A stretch of 64,000 nucleotides of DNA from Rhynchobatus australiae (Eukaryota). Below the pieces are notes generated by a model. It did no database searches. It was not told where the DNA came from and saw only the letters and a list, made by a program, of their open reading frames with translations. This document shows, in pieces, positions 1 through 10,926 of this stretch (position 1 is its first letter; each line of letters opens with the position of its first letter). The position numbers and the translations under genes are program-made. The stretch covers positions 12,025,419 to 12,089,418 of the forward strand of contig JAUZTB010000070.1 of the NCBI GenBank assembly GCA_034780895.1, read 5' to 3'.

Positions 1-859
1 GGTTACTGAAGTGTATGGGAAGTGAAGGGAGAATGGGATCAAGCTGAGTAGAATTGCAATTAAACTGTAGAACCCTGTGGGAAATGAGAAACCAGCATAT
101 TATAACAGCCTCGGAGAACATACTCATCATCTGCTCCAAGACCATTTAGGATGAGGTATGGGGCGATGGGAAAGGAGTGGGATAATTACATATTTGGTTG
201 GGACAGTCCTAACCTACAAAAATCTAGGCCCATTGCTGTGCTAAATGATTGCAGAATAATAAGGAAGCAGGGGACCAATGGAGGAAGCAGCAGTGGGTTA
301 GTATGGGGGCAATAAAGGCAGCAATAGTGGGGACAGAGGTCACAGGATCCATCATTCACCCTGCTTCAGCCTGAACTCATCAACCCTCTGCAGTGTGATT
401 CCTGTCTCCTTTGAGTATGTGCTGTGGTGCCAGCAGAAACTTTCCTACTGCCCAACCCACACAGGCCCCTAAACACCAGCAACTGGTACCTATCCACAGT
501 GCGACATGATTGTCTGTTCCCACTCAGCCAGCTTTAAACATCTTCACCAGAATGGTTTGAGAAAGGGAACTTGTATTTGCAGAAGTAATTCAGTAATTAT
601 TAGAATTTATGGGCTGCAGCCAGCTCGATCCTTTGTAGCAAGATCCTTTATTTGACAGGGCCTCCATGTCATAAAACAGTCACATGGATGTGGCCAAGAC
701 AAGTTTCCTCCATAAAAAAAATGACAAAAGCATGTCCCTATTTTTCAAACTGTTATGTGTGGCACCTATCATTTGGGAAAGGTGGTTTTCCTAGATCCTC
801 TTGAGATGAAAAGCAAACTCAACATATTGGTAATTTCAATAAATATTGCTACCACTCAC

Positions 860-1057
860 CTTGACAGGCACCACTTCGAATATTGGGGATGAAACCACGG
901 CGACAAGGATGAGGCTGTGCCGGGCACATCTCACAAGGATGGCCCCAAGCTCGACCAATAGTGGCGCAGCAGAGAGTTTTGGTGCAGACGATGCCACTTA
1001 GTTGTCCTTGGCACATTTGGTTATTGACCTGTGTGAAGCATGGTCCAGTTCGGTAAT
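860..1057 (-). CDS. FBN2: Fibrillin coding exon, hybrid domain 1 ((D)[65 protein letters not shown](D))
   Basis: 198 nt, acceptor TCTACAG|AT, donor CAAG|GTGAGT. It lies within ORF 849..1079 and has the CC-containing TB/hybrid signature. FTQVNNQ is FBN2-like. Confidence 0.95.
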
Positions 1058-2399
1058 CTGTAGAGAAGAACAAAACCAATGGAAATGCTGCCGAATTTCA
1101 GACATGGAACATTGAAAACTGTGAGACGAATTGCTGATTATTAATGTTACTGATCCAGGATGCAAATTCTCACACTGGTCTCCACCACGTTATAACTCTT
1201 CTGAGTAAAACGCTGTAGCACTGGTCTTCTAGGTTGTTGTTTGCCTTATCCTTAACAGCAGCCACATCTATCAGGAAGTCATAGGTGTCCATNNNNNNNN
1301 NNNNNNNNNNNNNNNNNNNNNNNNNNNNNNNNNNNNNNNNNNNNNNNNNNNNNNNNNNNNNNNNNNNNNNNNNNNNNNNNNNNNNNNNNNNNNNNNNNNN
1401 NNNNNNNNNNNNNNNNNNNNNNNNNNNNNNNNNNNNNNNNNNNNNNNNNNNNNNNNNNNNNNNNNNNNNNNNNNNNNNNNNNNNNNNNNNNNNNNNNNNN
1501 NNNNNNNNNNNNNNNNNNNNNNNNNNNNNNNNNNNNNNNNNNNNNNNNNNNNNNNNNNNNNNNNNNNNNNNNNNNNNNNNNNNNNNNNNNNNNNNNNNNN
1601 NNNNNNNNNNNNNNNNNNNNNNNNNNNNNNNNNNNNNNNNNNNNNNNNNNNNNNNNNNNNNNNNNNNNNNNNNNNNNNNNNNNNNNNNNNNNNNNNNNNN
1701 NNNNNNNNNNNNNNNNNNNNNNNNNNNNNNNNNNNNNNNNNNNNNNNNNNNNNNNNNNNNNNNNNNNNNNNNNNNNNNNNNNNNNNNNNNNNNNNNNNNN
1801 NNNNNNNNNNGACATCATAACTCAAGGCAGAAAGATTGCTAGTTCCACAAGCACCAGGATCAATTGGTGATACAGAGACATATTCTATAACTTTACAAGG
1901 AGGTTTAAACACTGTAGAATAGCATAAAGACATGATTCTGTGGTACCAGCAGCTGAATGTTTGACACAATTGCAGTGTGTTAATCTGTGTTAAAAGGTTA
2001 ACATGGCAGACATGATCAGTGAGTGGCTGATAATATTGGACAGTCACTTCTAGGCTCTAACTTTGTTAAATTAACATCAAAAATATGCTGGCACACTGAC
2101 AGGGGAAATTAAAGCTATGTTACAAAGTGGACTTCTTGTTTCACTTCCTGAATGTTTCACAACCCCCATACCTGGAGAATATTTATCATGAATTTTAGAT
2201 TCTAATTTGTTAATGTACCTCAATGGAAATTTTATATATGAATAAGACATGTCAGACACATCACTCATTTCAGGTGAGCTTCATAACCCAGATGAATTAA
2301 CTGAACAAGAGATTGTAAAACATTTTTTAAAATATTCCCAGACATTCCCCAATACCTCATGGAATGGAAATAATTGTTAGACAAAGGCTTGAATGTGTC

Positions 2400-2592
2400 A
2401 ATGGAAGGTACACAGAGGCAAACATCTACATGCATATGTAGAGGCACGGACACCAATGCACATATTGGCATACTTTCTCACACACAGGCACATTTACACA
2501 TACACTAAATAAAGATACATGTGCACACATATACATGTTGCACACATAATTGCATACACACGTGTTTTGCACTCATGCTCACACATACACAG
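2400..2592. repeat. Degenerate (CA)/(CATA)-rich simple repeat
   Basis: Runs such as cacacaggcacatttacacatacac, gtgcacacatatacatg and acacatacacag. Confidence 0.6.
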
Positions 2593-2949
2593 ACTTTGAA
2601 ATCGGCACTGCTTTCATTCAAACATAATCAACAGCAGGATGCCTGAACTCTCGTGTTTAATGGCCTGCTTTATAAAGCATTATCACCTCGTAAATAGAAC
2701 AGATTCTCCACTTGCTGGATTTTGTTCTGCCTTTGGACAGGAGGATCATTTTCTTCAATGAAGTATTTGAATCCTGTTTACACCCAGCTGACTTCACAGC
2801 CTCTGTACCAATCGACAGATGTCTGCACCTGAGCTGCAGTCTGACAGCCATGATTCTGTGCTTCAGCTTCTGATTTCCAAAAAATGCAAACCTTGATTTC
2901 AGGTCGACCAGTGAAATCTGCACTGCAGACCGTCAGAGAATAAAATTCT

Positions 2950-3500
2950 ATCAGATACATATGAATTGGCCAGGCTACTGCCGCTGTGTTTATGTAGACC
3001 TCCCCCCAGCCAGCCAATGAATGTGAACCTGGGATATATATCCCAGACACTTGAGAAGCTGGACTCAACACATTTAGAATAGGGCTTGGACATGCAGTAT
3101 ATGGTTCAGCCTGGAGTTGATGGCAGACAGCAGAATGATGCTCTTGGGTTTGAGAGGCAAGATCAATAACATCAGCCAGCTGATTCAATAGTATCACCAT
3201 AGGGGAGCTGCTTATATTGGAACTGGAAGTAGGTGAGCGTGCAGCCACAAAACTAGGGTGCAGGAGGAGAATGAATTAGGGTAGAGTGTTCAGACACTGC
3301 AAGAAGGTGTGGAATATGTACCCTAAGGGTGATCAGAGTTGAGGGTCTAATGGTAAATCGGAATGAGAACCCTAAGAAGATAGATGGAAGAGGATGGGGA
3401 TAGGCAGGATTTTAGGGGATGAAAATCCTGGAATGAGGATCTGGAGTTATAGGTGATGAGGACACAATTGTGTTGGGATGAAGCCAAAGGTGGAGTTGAA
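2950..3500 (-). mobile_element. Possible old L2-like LINE remnant
   Basis: Purine-rich degenerate sequence resembling reverse-strand L2 ORF2/3' regions. No intact motif was found. Confidence 0.3.
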
Positions 3501-4436
3501 ATCTATCCTGCATTAACAAGATCACTTTTACTGCATAATGATGGGGAGTTTTTTTTTACATCCCCCCCCCTACTGATGGTGATCTTCACACTTCAGAATC
3601 AAGCAGGAGAAAAGACATATTAACACCTGTCAACAATTGAAAACTCCTTATTTGGAAAACTTTGGTCCTGGAATGTAATTCCCTGAAGTCTTGCTGAGCC
3701 TCTGTGTGGGATGTGGGACATCTGGAATGCATCAATAGTCTGGAATCCTAGAAGTTTGCTCCCCAGAGCTAGGGGCTACAACACACACACAGATGTCTTA
3801 CTCTTTCTCAGGAACAGCCACCTTGGATTGCAGATATTTATTTATTTTACTTAAAGGGATCCTGACTCAAATTCCTTCAGTGATTGAAAGAATTGGGGCA
3901 CCAAGTTTTCTTAAAGCACATGTGGGATCTCTGCTTACCAAATGTCTTAAAACAACACAAATATAGTAATCAGTGCTGAGATACTGACAGATTCTAATTC
4001 TGCTGTACCATTCACTAGTGGTCAAAATTGCCAAAGAGAAACAACAGTGACATCATTTGTGTCTTTTACGAGAATGAGGAATAGGTTTCCCAGTGTCCAT
4101 GACATTCTTGTATTTTCCCACTAGGATACGGCTTTATCCCCATGTCCTCATCCCAATTTTCAATTGCACAACATCCAAGTTCTCAAATTCTGTCCCTGAG
4201 CTTCTCTACCTTTTTATATTCCTTTAATTTACTCCTTGAAACCTGNNNNNNNNNNNNNNNNNNNNNNNNNNNNNNNNNNNNNNNNNNNNNNNNNNNNNNN
4301 NNNNNNNNNNNNNNNNNNNNNNNNNNNNNNNNNNNNNNNNNNNNNGTTGGGATCTCCTCAGGATTCATATTTTGGATGAACAGAGTCCCCACCCCGATCC
4401 CAAAAATGCAGCAGCTGCATCAACTTTCCATACTGG

Positions 4437-4960
4437 TAATTGGTTATTGGTTTATTATTGTCACATGTACCGAGATACAGTGAAAAACGTTGTTTGCTTT
4501 GTTTGATCCAGACAGATCATTCCATACAGAAGTACACTGAGGTCGTACAAAGGGAAAAAAAAAGCAGAATACAGAATATAGTGATACAGAGAAAGTGCAG
4601 TGCAGGTTGACAAATAAAGTGCAAGGGCCATGATGAGTTAGATTGAGAAATCAAGAGTTTATTCTTTTTGTATAAGAGGGTGATTCAAGAGTCTTATAAC
4701 AATGGGATAGAAGCTGTCCTTGAGTCTGGTGGTACGTGTTCTCAAGCTTTTGCATCTTCTGCCCAATAGAAGGGGGGAGAAGAGGGAATGTCCGGGGCCG
4801 GAGGGGTCTTTGATTATGTTGGCTGCTTTCCTGAGGCAGTGGGATGTTGACAGAGTCAATGGAAGGGAGGCTGATTTACATGATGGACCGGGCTGTGTTC
4901 ACAACTCTCTGCAATTTTTTGTGGTCATGGGCAGAGCAGTTGTCATACTAAGCTGTGATG
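4437..4960 (-). mobile_element. Rex1/Babar-type non-LTR retrotransposon 3' end
   Basis: ORF 4659..4859 (CLRKAANIIKDPSGPGHSLFSPLLLGRRCKSLRTRTTRLKDSFYP) is the typical Rex1/Babar ORF C-terminus. The 3' UTR ends TTTCACTGTATCTCGGTACATGTGACAATAATAAACC. Confidence 0.8.
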
Positions 4961-5671
4961 CAGACTGGAGTTCCAGTTTGGACATCCCCAAATCCCAGAC
5001 TTGGAACCACTACTTTCCAATTACAATGGTACCAAATGAGCCACAGCTATTATTAGTATAATCTTTAGCCGGAGGTACAGCAAGTTCTAGCCAGTTTGAT
5101 AGAACTGGGAGTGTGTTGGCAGAAATTTAAATCTAGTTATCAAAAAATGGTACTCGAAGTGAGTTATGTTAATTTGAGCTGACTCCCAGGAGACCTTACA
5201 AAGCTAACAGCATTACATTTTGATTTTGAAAACCTCCAGGTTAAAATTTATTGAGCATTTTGTAAATAATCCTTTATTGTTACGATTCTGCATCTGTCTC
5301 CAACCCTGACGAACTGCGTGAAGTTAGAGGATGGAGCGATATCGCCAAGGGCATGCCTGAGACTGATAACACCAGTCTAGATGGAAGATAAATGGGAACT
5401 GTGGGGCAGTCTAATTACAGTGAGATTGGATGCAGGTACTTCAAATGCAATTTGCTTTAATTTCTTTGCTCTTGATTTGCTCCCTTCTGCTCCTGAGGCC
5501 TGGCGTTGCTAGGTATGGCTCGACAGAAGCTGGCAGCATTTTGCTCCCAAGACTCTTTTCTCCTTTCAAACTTCTTTCAGCCCTCTAAGACTTTCTCCCA
5601 ACAGTACCTCCCTGCACTCACGATCACTAGGCTTGCAATACTCTCCACCTCCCATAGTCTCTGACAGAGAC

Positions 5672-5879
5672 GGCAGACACGGTAGTGTAGCGGTTAGCGT
5701 AACGCTACTACAGCGCCAGCGACCCGGGTTCAAATCCGGCCGCTGTCTGTAAGGAGTTTGTACGTTCTCCCCGTGTCTGCGTGGGTTTCCTCCGCTGCCC
5801 CAGAACACTCTATGCAAAAGATATATTTCACTGTGTGTTTCGATATATATGTGACTAATAAAGATATCTTTATCTTATC
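5672..5879 (+). mobile_element. tRNA-derived V-domain SINE, internally deleted
   Basis: A box TAGTGTAGCGG, B box GGTTCAAATCC and V-domain start GAGTTTGTACGTTCTCCCCGTGTCTGCGTGGGTTTCCTCCG, joined directly to a tail ending GTGACTAATAAAGATATCTT. Confidence 0.85.
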
Positions 5880-6050
5880 AACATAATAAAACTCCACGAC
5901 TTAAACTTGATGTGACATTTAGCAGATCACAATAAGCTGTTCTTGTTCAAGGATTCAAAGCAGTTTTAATGTTATTGTTCAGTTTCCCCTCATACAGAGT
6001 TGGGTGACAGTGATGCATGTTGAACAGTGCCGGCTTTGCTGGGCTGGCCT

Positions 6051-6281
6051 GGCACAGGCATGTCGGATGACTTGACATATCATAAGCTCTAAAATGTGTC
6101 AGTAACAGGAAGGAGACTTCATTTTATTAAACCTATAACGTCAGACAGATCCTGACGAAGAAATCACAGTAGAATCACAACATGAACATGCCATTCTACC
6201 TCTCATAAAGCAACACATGAATTGTTGATTTAAAACAAATCTATCCCACCCATCACTAGGCACTCTGCTCTATAACTGCAA
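6051..6281 (+). repeat. Direct duplication copy A (about 230 bp; partner 8336-8565)
   Basis: Manual alignment gives about 11 substitutions and 1 indel against 8336-8565. Confidence 0.95.
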
Positions 6282-7100
6282 GAAGTCCCTACACCACCTC
6301 TCTCACCACCATCCAGAGCCCTAAACAGCTCCTCCAGGTGAGGCAGCTAGTCACATGCAAATACCCTGGTGGTATTTATTGCATCGCATTGTGGCCTCCT
6401 TGACATTGGTGAGACTGGTTGCAAACTAGGCGACCACTTCGCCGAGCACCTTTGCTCCGTCTGCTGTGGCTGTCTGGATCTCCTGGTTGCCAGCTATTTT
6501 AATTCTCCCCATTCCCATACTGACGTTTCTGTCCTAGGCCTCCCCCACTGGCAGGTTGAGGCTAAATGCAAATGAGAAGAAGAGCACCTCATATTCCGCC
6601 TAGGTAGCCTACAACCAGGCGGTATGAACACAGAATTCAACTTCTGGTAACTGCTCCCCCTCCATCCCTTTTCTCTCTCCTCCTGATCCACCTGGCCCCC
6701 ATCACTATGTCCCTTTCCTATTGCCTAGCCCAACACCCACATTCCTCCCATTACTCCCCTCGGCCCTACCATGATTCCATGCTCTACCTTCCTCTCCTAT
6801 CAGATTCCATCATCTTCAGTCCTTTGTCAATTCCACTTATCACTTCCCAGCTTCTGATGCTATTCCCACTGTCCCCTCCCCATCTGCCTATCACCCCCCC
6901 CCACTCCCACCCCCACATGGATCCACCTATCGCCTGCCAGCTTTGCTCCACACTTCCCTCCGGCTTTTTTATACTGGCTATCTCAGCTCTCTCTTTCAGT
7001 CCAGATGATGAAGGGTCTCCGCCTAAAACATCAACTGTCCATTTCCCACCATAGATGCTGCCTGACCCACTGAGTTCCTCCAGCACTTTTTGTGTTGCTT
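6282..7100 (+). mobile_element. Penelope-like element 3' fragment (GIY-YIG remnant plus terminal repeat with decayed hammerhead)
   Basis: ORF 6369..6575 (CGLLDIGETGCKLGDHFAEHL...VASYFNSPHSHTDVSVLGL) is a GIY-YIG endonuclease remnant. The terminus is CAGTCCAGATGATGAAGGGTCTCCGCCTAAAACATCAACTG...TGAGTTCCTCCAGCA. Confidence 0.85.
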
Positions 7101-8164
7101 TAAAAACAAATCCCCATCATTCAACTAGATGCTTGAGATACTCATAAGAAGTGAATTCCTTAGTTAATAATTAAGTTCTAAGATTTCATACTAAAGCTTC
7201 TGTATTCATGGGCTAGGTTGAAATAATGGATTGCTCAGAATTATGCTGAAATTGCTTGTTACGAGTCAAATAAACTAGCTCTTTCTGTTTCAGGACCTAG
7301 CTTTCAAATGGCTCATACTCCAAACTCAAGAAGATCAATCCAATGTTTCAAATGTCCTCAGTGTCCCTCTGATGTACATAGATGCAATAAAAACAATCAG
7401 ACCGATATGTTCTCTAACTTTTTCATAATTTTCTTTCTGTTTTGATATCACCTTCATCAAACTTCAGTTCAAAGTTATTTTTTTACTGATTATAAATCTT
7501 TGGAATCCTTTTCTTCATTAAAACTGCTACATCAATTGTTATTGTTTATGGTGTACACTTAAAAATCCAAAGAACATTCTGCTGCTTTCATCTACCTAAG
7601 TACCTCCAATACAAACCATAATAAAAGTCTGATCTTTCACTGGCAGGAACATGAAGATAACTGTTGTGCTTTACTTGGTCCTAGCACCAGTTATTCCTGA
7701 CCTGACACTCATACACAGGTATTTTGTAGAAGAAGTCATTGAATTAGGACTGGTGGGGAGTCAATCATATTCAACTGTGTAATCCAATGCAACAGCAGTT
7801 TTAAGTACATAATTCAGAGCCCAGCACTCATACAGTCACAGATCCACTTCAAGATTCTTCATAGAACATTTTTAAAGTTGAAAAAGGCTCAGTTTAATTA
7901 TACACAAAGTACAATTTCTCAACAATTCCCAATATATTTTTCACTGATCTGAATTAACATCACGACAGAGAGTTTGGAGTTTGGACGATCAAAGATATTG
8001 TAACATTACATGCTGGGAGCTGCAGTCTATCTGTCACCGGTTTCCACTAAAAAATCTGTACTGCAGATGAAATACAATTCAGATCAAACATTTGCATAGG
8101 TGGCTTTCATTCAGCTGCTTCCATAAATGGTTGTTTCTGAACTGTGGTGAGCTCTTTGCTTATA

Positions 8165-8960
8165 AAATCATAGAGTGATACAGCACAGAAGGATGCCATT
8201 CAGCCTATCGAGCTGTGCCAGCATTTTGGAACAAATATTCAATCAGTCCTATTTCCCTTCCCTTCTCCCCACATCCAAACACATTTTCCCTTCATGTTTT
8301 TATCTCATTTTGAAAGTTACTATTGAATTTGCTTGGGCACAGGCTTGTCGGATGACTTGTCATATCATAAGCTCTAAAATGTGTCAGTGACAGGAGGGAG
8401 ACTCCATTTATTAAACCTATAACGTCAGACAGATCCTGACGAAGAAATCACAGTAGAATCACAACATGAACATGCTATTCTACCTCTCATAAAGCAACAC
8501 ATGAATTGTCGCTTTAAAGCAAATCTATCCCACCCATCACCAGGCACTCTGCTCTGTAACTGCAATTTGCCTTCCCCAACCTTTCAAGAAATGCTTTTCA
8601 GAAAAGGACAAGCTGAGTAAAAATACATTTTCTCATTGTCATCTGCCCCTCATCTTAAGTCTGAGTCTGCTGGTTATTGAACCATCTGCCATTGGAAACA
8701 GATTCTTCTTATTTATCAGAATGCATCAGGAGATCAAATCTCTAAACCTTATCTGCTCTAAGGGAAATCCTAATTTTTCCAGTCTTTCTGTCTTATTGGG
8801 GTACCGTTCCCTGAGATGTATTCCGATAAATCTATCCTGCCCCCTCTCTAAGCCCTTGATATCCTGCCAGAATTATACACAATTCTCCAAATGGGGCCTA
8901 ATGATTTATAGAAGTTCAGCATAATTTGTTTGCTTTTGTACTGTATGTCTCTGATTATAC
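8165..8960 (-). mobile_element. Decayed CR1-type LINE 3' remnant interrupted by duplication copy B
   Basis: It begins with a reverse-strand CR1-type tail (aatcatagagtgatacagcacagaaggatgccattcagcc) and continues after 8565 with CR1-like sequence. Confidence 0.55.
8336..8565 (+). repeat. Direct duplication copy B
   Basis: About 95% identical to 6051-6281 by eye. Confidence 0.95.
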
Positions 8961-9119
8961 GATCCAGGAATAAAATTGGGGACGACTATTCAGGGAACAC
9001 AAGAATAGTCTTCAGAGGTATCTGCTCATGGTTCTTTGCTAATTACAATGCTAAGCACACAGATAGATACTGTACAAGGTCATTGGTTACACATTGTTGC
9101 CATTTTTCACTGATATACA

Positions 9120-9600
9120 GTTAATCTGACCCGACAATTAATAATCACGTATTCAATTGTTTATGATTAACTTCTAATATTGACTCACTAACAACCAATC
9201 TATTGACCCACTGTTAGTCCACTTTAATAACCTATAACTTAGCTATTCTAACACCAGCATTTACTTCAAATGTCTATATGTATCCTGTTCTATTCTCCTA
9301 TTCCATTAGATCATAGTTGACTTACTCTATTGACCCATGTTTACTTGTTTCATCGACCTATGGCTTGGTCTATTAAACTATGTTTGTATTGTCCCACTCA
9401 CCACAGTTGCTCTGTTGCAGTGACCCATAATTACATTGGCATATTGACCTTTGGTTATCTCCTTTTAGACTCCCATGCTCCTCTATCCCTTTACCAATGA
9501 TTACTGTATCTACTGAACCATGGTAAATTGTCCAATTATCTATGAATAACCTCTTTAATAAATCACCAACCCATTTGTCTCTTGGACTGAACTATGAATA
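9120..9600. repeat. Highly degenerate minisatellite with core CTATTGACCCA
   Basis: Recurrent tattgactca, ctattgaccca (twice), atcgacctatg, tattgtccca, atattgacct and ctactgaaccatg. Confidence 0.55.
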
Positions 9601-9769
9601 CATATTCTAGTACCTTATTTTGTAATCAGTCGTATTACAAATGAATGAAAATCAGTTGTTAAAATATTACAATCAGCAAGAAAATCAATCTTCCCATCTG
9701 CATATAAATGAAAAATCAGACCAAAAAGTGGTTCCATCAATTCATTTGAATTAGCATACAAAGAGAGGA

Positions 9770-9871
9770 ATAAAAACAAAAAAATGTTAAAAATACGCCG
9801 CAGGTCAGGCAGCATCTCAGGAGATAAAATCAGATTTAATATTTCAGGTCAATGAACTCTCATCAGAACTG
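9770..9871 (-). mobile_element. Solo Penelope-type terminal repeat with hammerhead-like core
   Basis: The minus strand reads AGTT CTGATGA GAGTTCATTGACCT GAAA TATTAAAT...AGATGCTGCCTGACCTGCGG. Confidence 0.7.
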
Positions 9872-10429
9872 CGAAGGAAGCTTCTGTTCAGATTGAGTTG
9901 TGAGCTGGATAAATGAGGCACGAGATCCATTAAAAAAAAGGTGGGGTTCTCTAATAAAATATCTTCTTCATGTTTTGGAGTATCTTTCTGTGATTCTTCA
10001 TTCATTGCTGACTTTATCCTAATCTATTGAAGAAACTAGGATTGTTCTGTATTTTACCTCCATGTCGGGCATCTACTTTGTGCAGTCTCAGGAAAGCTAC
10101 CATAAATTGCTCTTTGTGGCTTGTGATGGCTTCTTCATAATGGCAATTATCAACACCATCAAATGATAGGAAAAAAGTAATAACTATCCTATTAACAAAA
10201 AAAGGCAACCTCCAGGGTCCAAGAGTTACATGATGAGGATAAGCAGTGTTAGATGAAAATGGACAGTGTGGCTTAAAGAGGCATTAAAAATTGCTGATTA
10301 ATGTTTGATCAGCAAATATAAATAGATAATGCTATTATAAATGTCATCTCAGTACATATTCACTTGATCCATGAACACTTTAACCTTTCTTTTGCGATTA
10401 TTGGTAAAATGCTATGAAGAAATAAAAAC

Positions 10430-10635
10430 ATATAACAATGGAAACTTTCACCAGTTAGCATCTGTAGAGAGAGAGCTAAAGTTTCAAGTTGATAACTTGT
10501 CATCAGAAGCTTTATTCCTTGCTCTGATGAAAGGATAAGGACAACGTTAGCTCTGTTTCTCTCTCCACAAATGTTGCTTAATCTGCTGAGTATTTGCATT
10601 CTGAGTCTTCATTTCAGATCATCAGCATTTGTAGC
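10430..10635. mobile_element. Inverted pair of Penelope-type terminal repeats
   Basis: A minus copy (CTGATGA CAAGTT ATC AACTT GAAAC) ends at about 10510. A plus copy starts GCTCTGATGAAAGG at about 10521 and runs to CAGCATTTGTAG. Confidence 0.7.
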
Positions 10636-10800
10636 TTATCACTTCTTGAGAATTGGAGCAGGAGTATTTTGATACTGTTCTTTTCTCTCTTGTGCACTTT
10701 TCTCTCTTGGTTAATGAAAATTATTATTTGCTAAAGTGGTGTGCAACTCGAGTGAAAGTGTAAGATTTTGATATCGTGGAAACACAAGCAATATTCTGTG

Positions 10801-10926
10801 GATACACAAGAGACTGCAGATGCTGAAATCTGGGACAATAAACAATCTGCTGGAGGAACTCAGTAGGTCAAGCAGCATCTGTGGGAGGAAAGAAATTGTC
10901 AACGTTTTGTGTCAAAACCCTGCATT
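10801..10926 (-). mobile_element. Solo Penelope-type terminal repeat
   Basis: The minus strand reads ATGCAGGGTTTTGACACAAAACGTTGAC...AGATGCTGCTTGACCTACTGAGTTCCTCCAGCA...CAGCATCTGCAGTCTCTTGTG, homologous to 51300-51440. Confidence 0.75.

Noticed and set aside
1271-2047. Long ORFs spanning N runs (also 42415-42961, 60439-61079 and others)
   Set aside because: They are artefacts of translating through assembly gaps.
5672-5745. tRNA-like sequence with A and B boxes
   Set aside because: It continues into a V-domain body and LINE-type tail and has a paralog at 44470-44752, so it is a SINE head and not a tRNA gene.
6150-6175. CTGACGA...GAAA in the duplicated segment as a possible hammerhead
   Set aside because: There is no room for stem II and no stem I pairing, so it is a chance match.
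6051-8565. LTR retrotransposon bounded by the 230-bp direct repeats
   Set aside because: There are no TG...CA termini, primer-binding site, polypurine tract or gag/pol remnants, and copy B sits inside a CR1 remnant.
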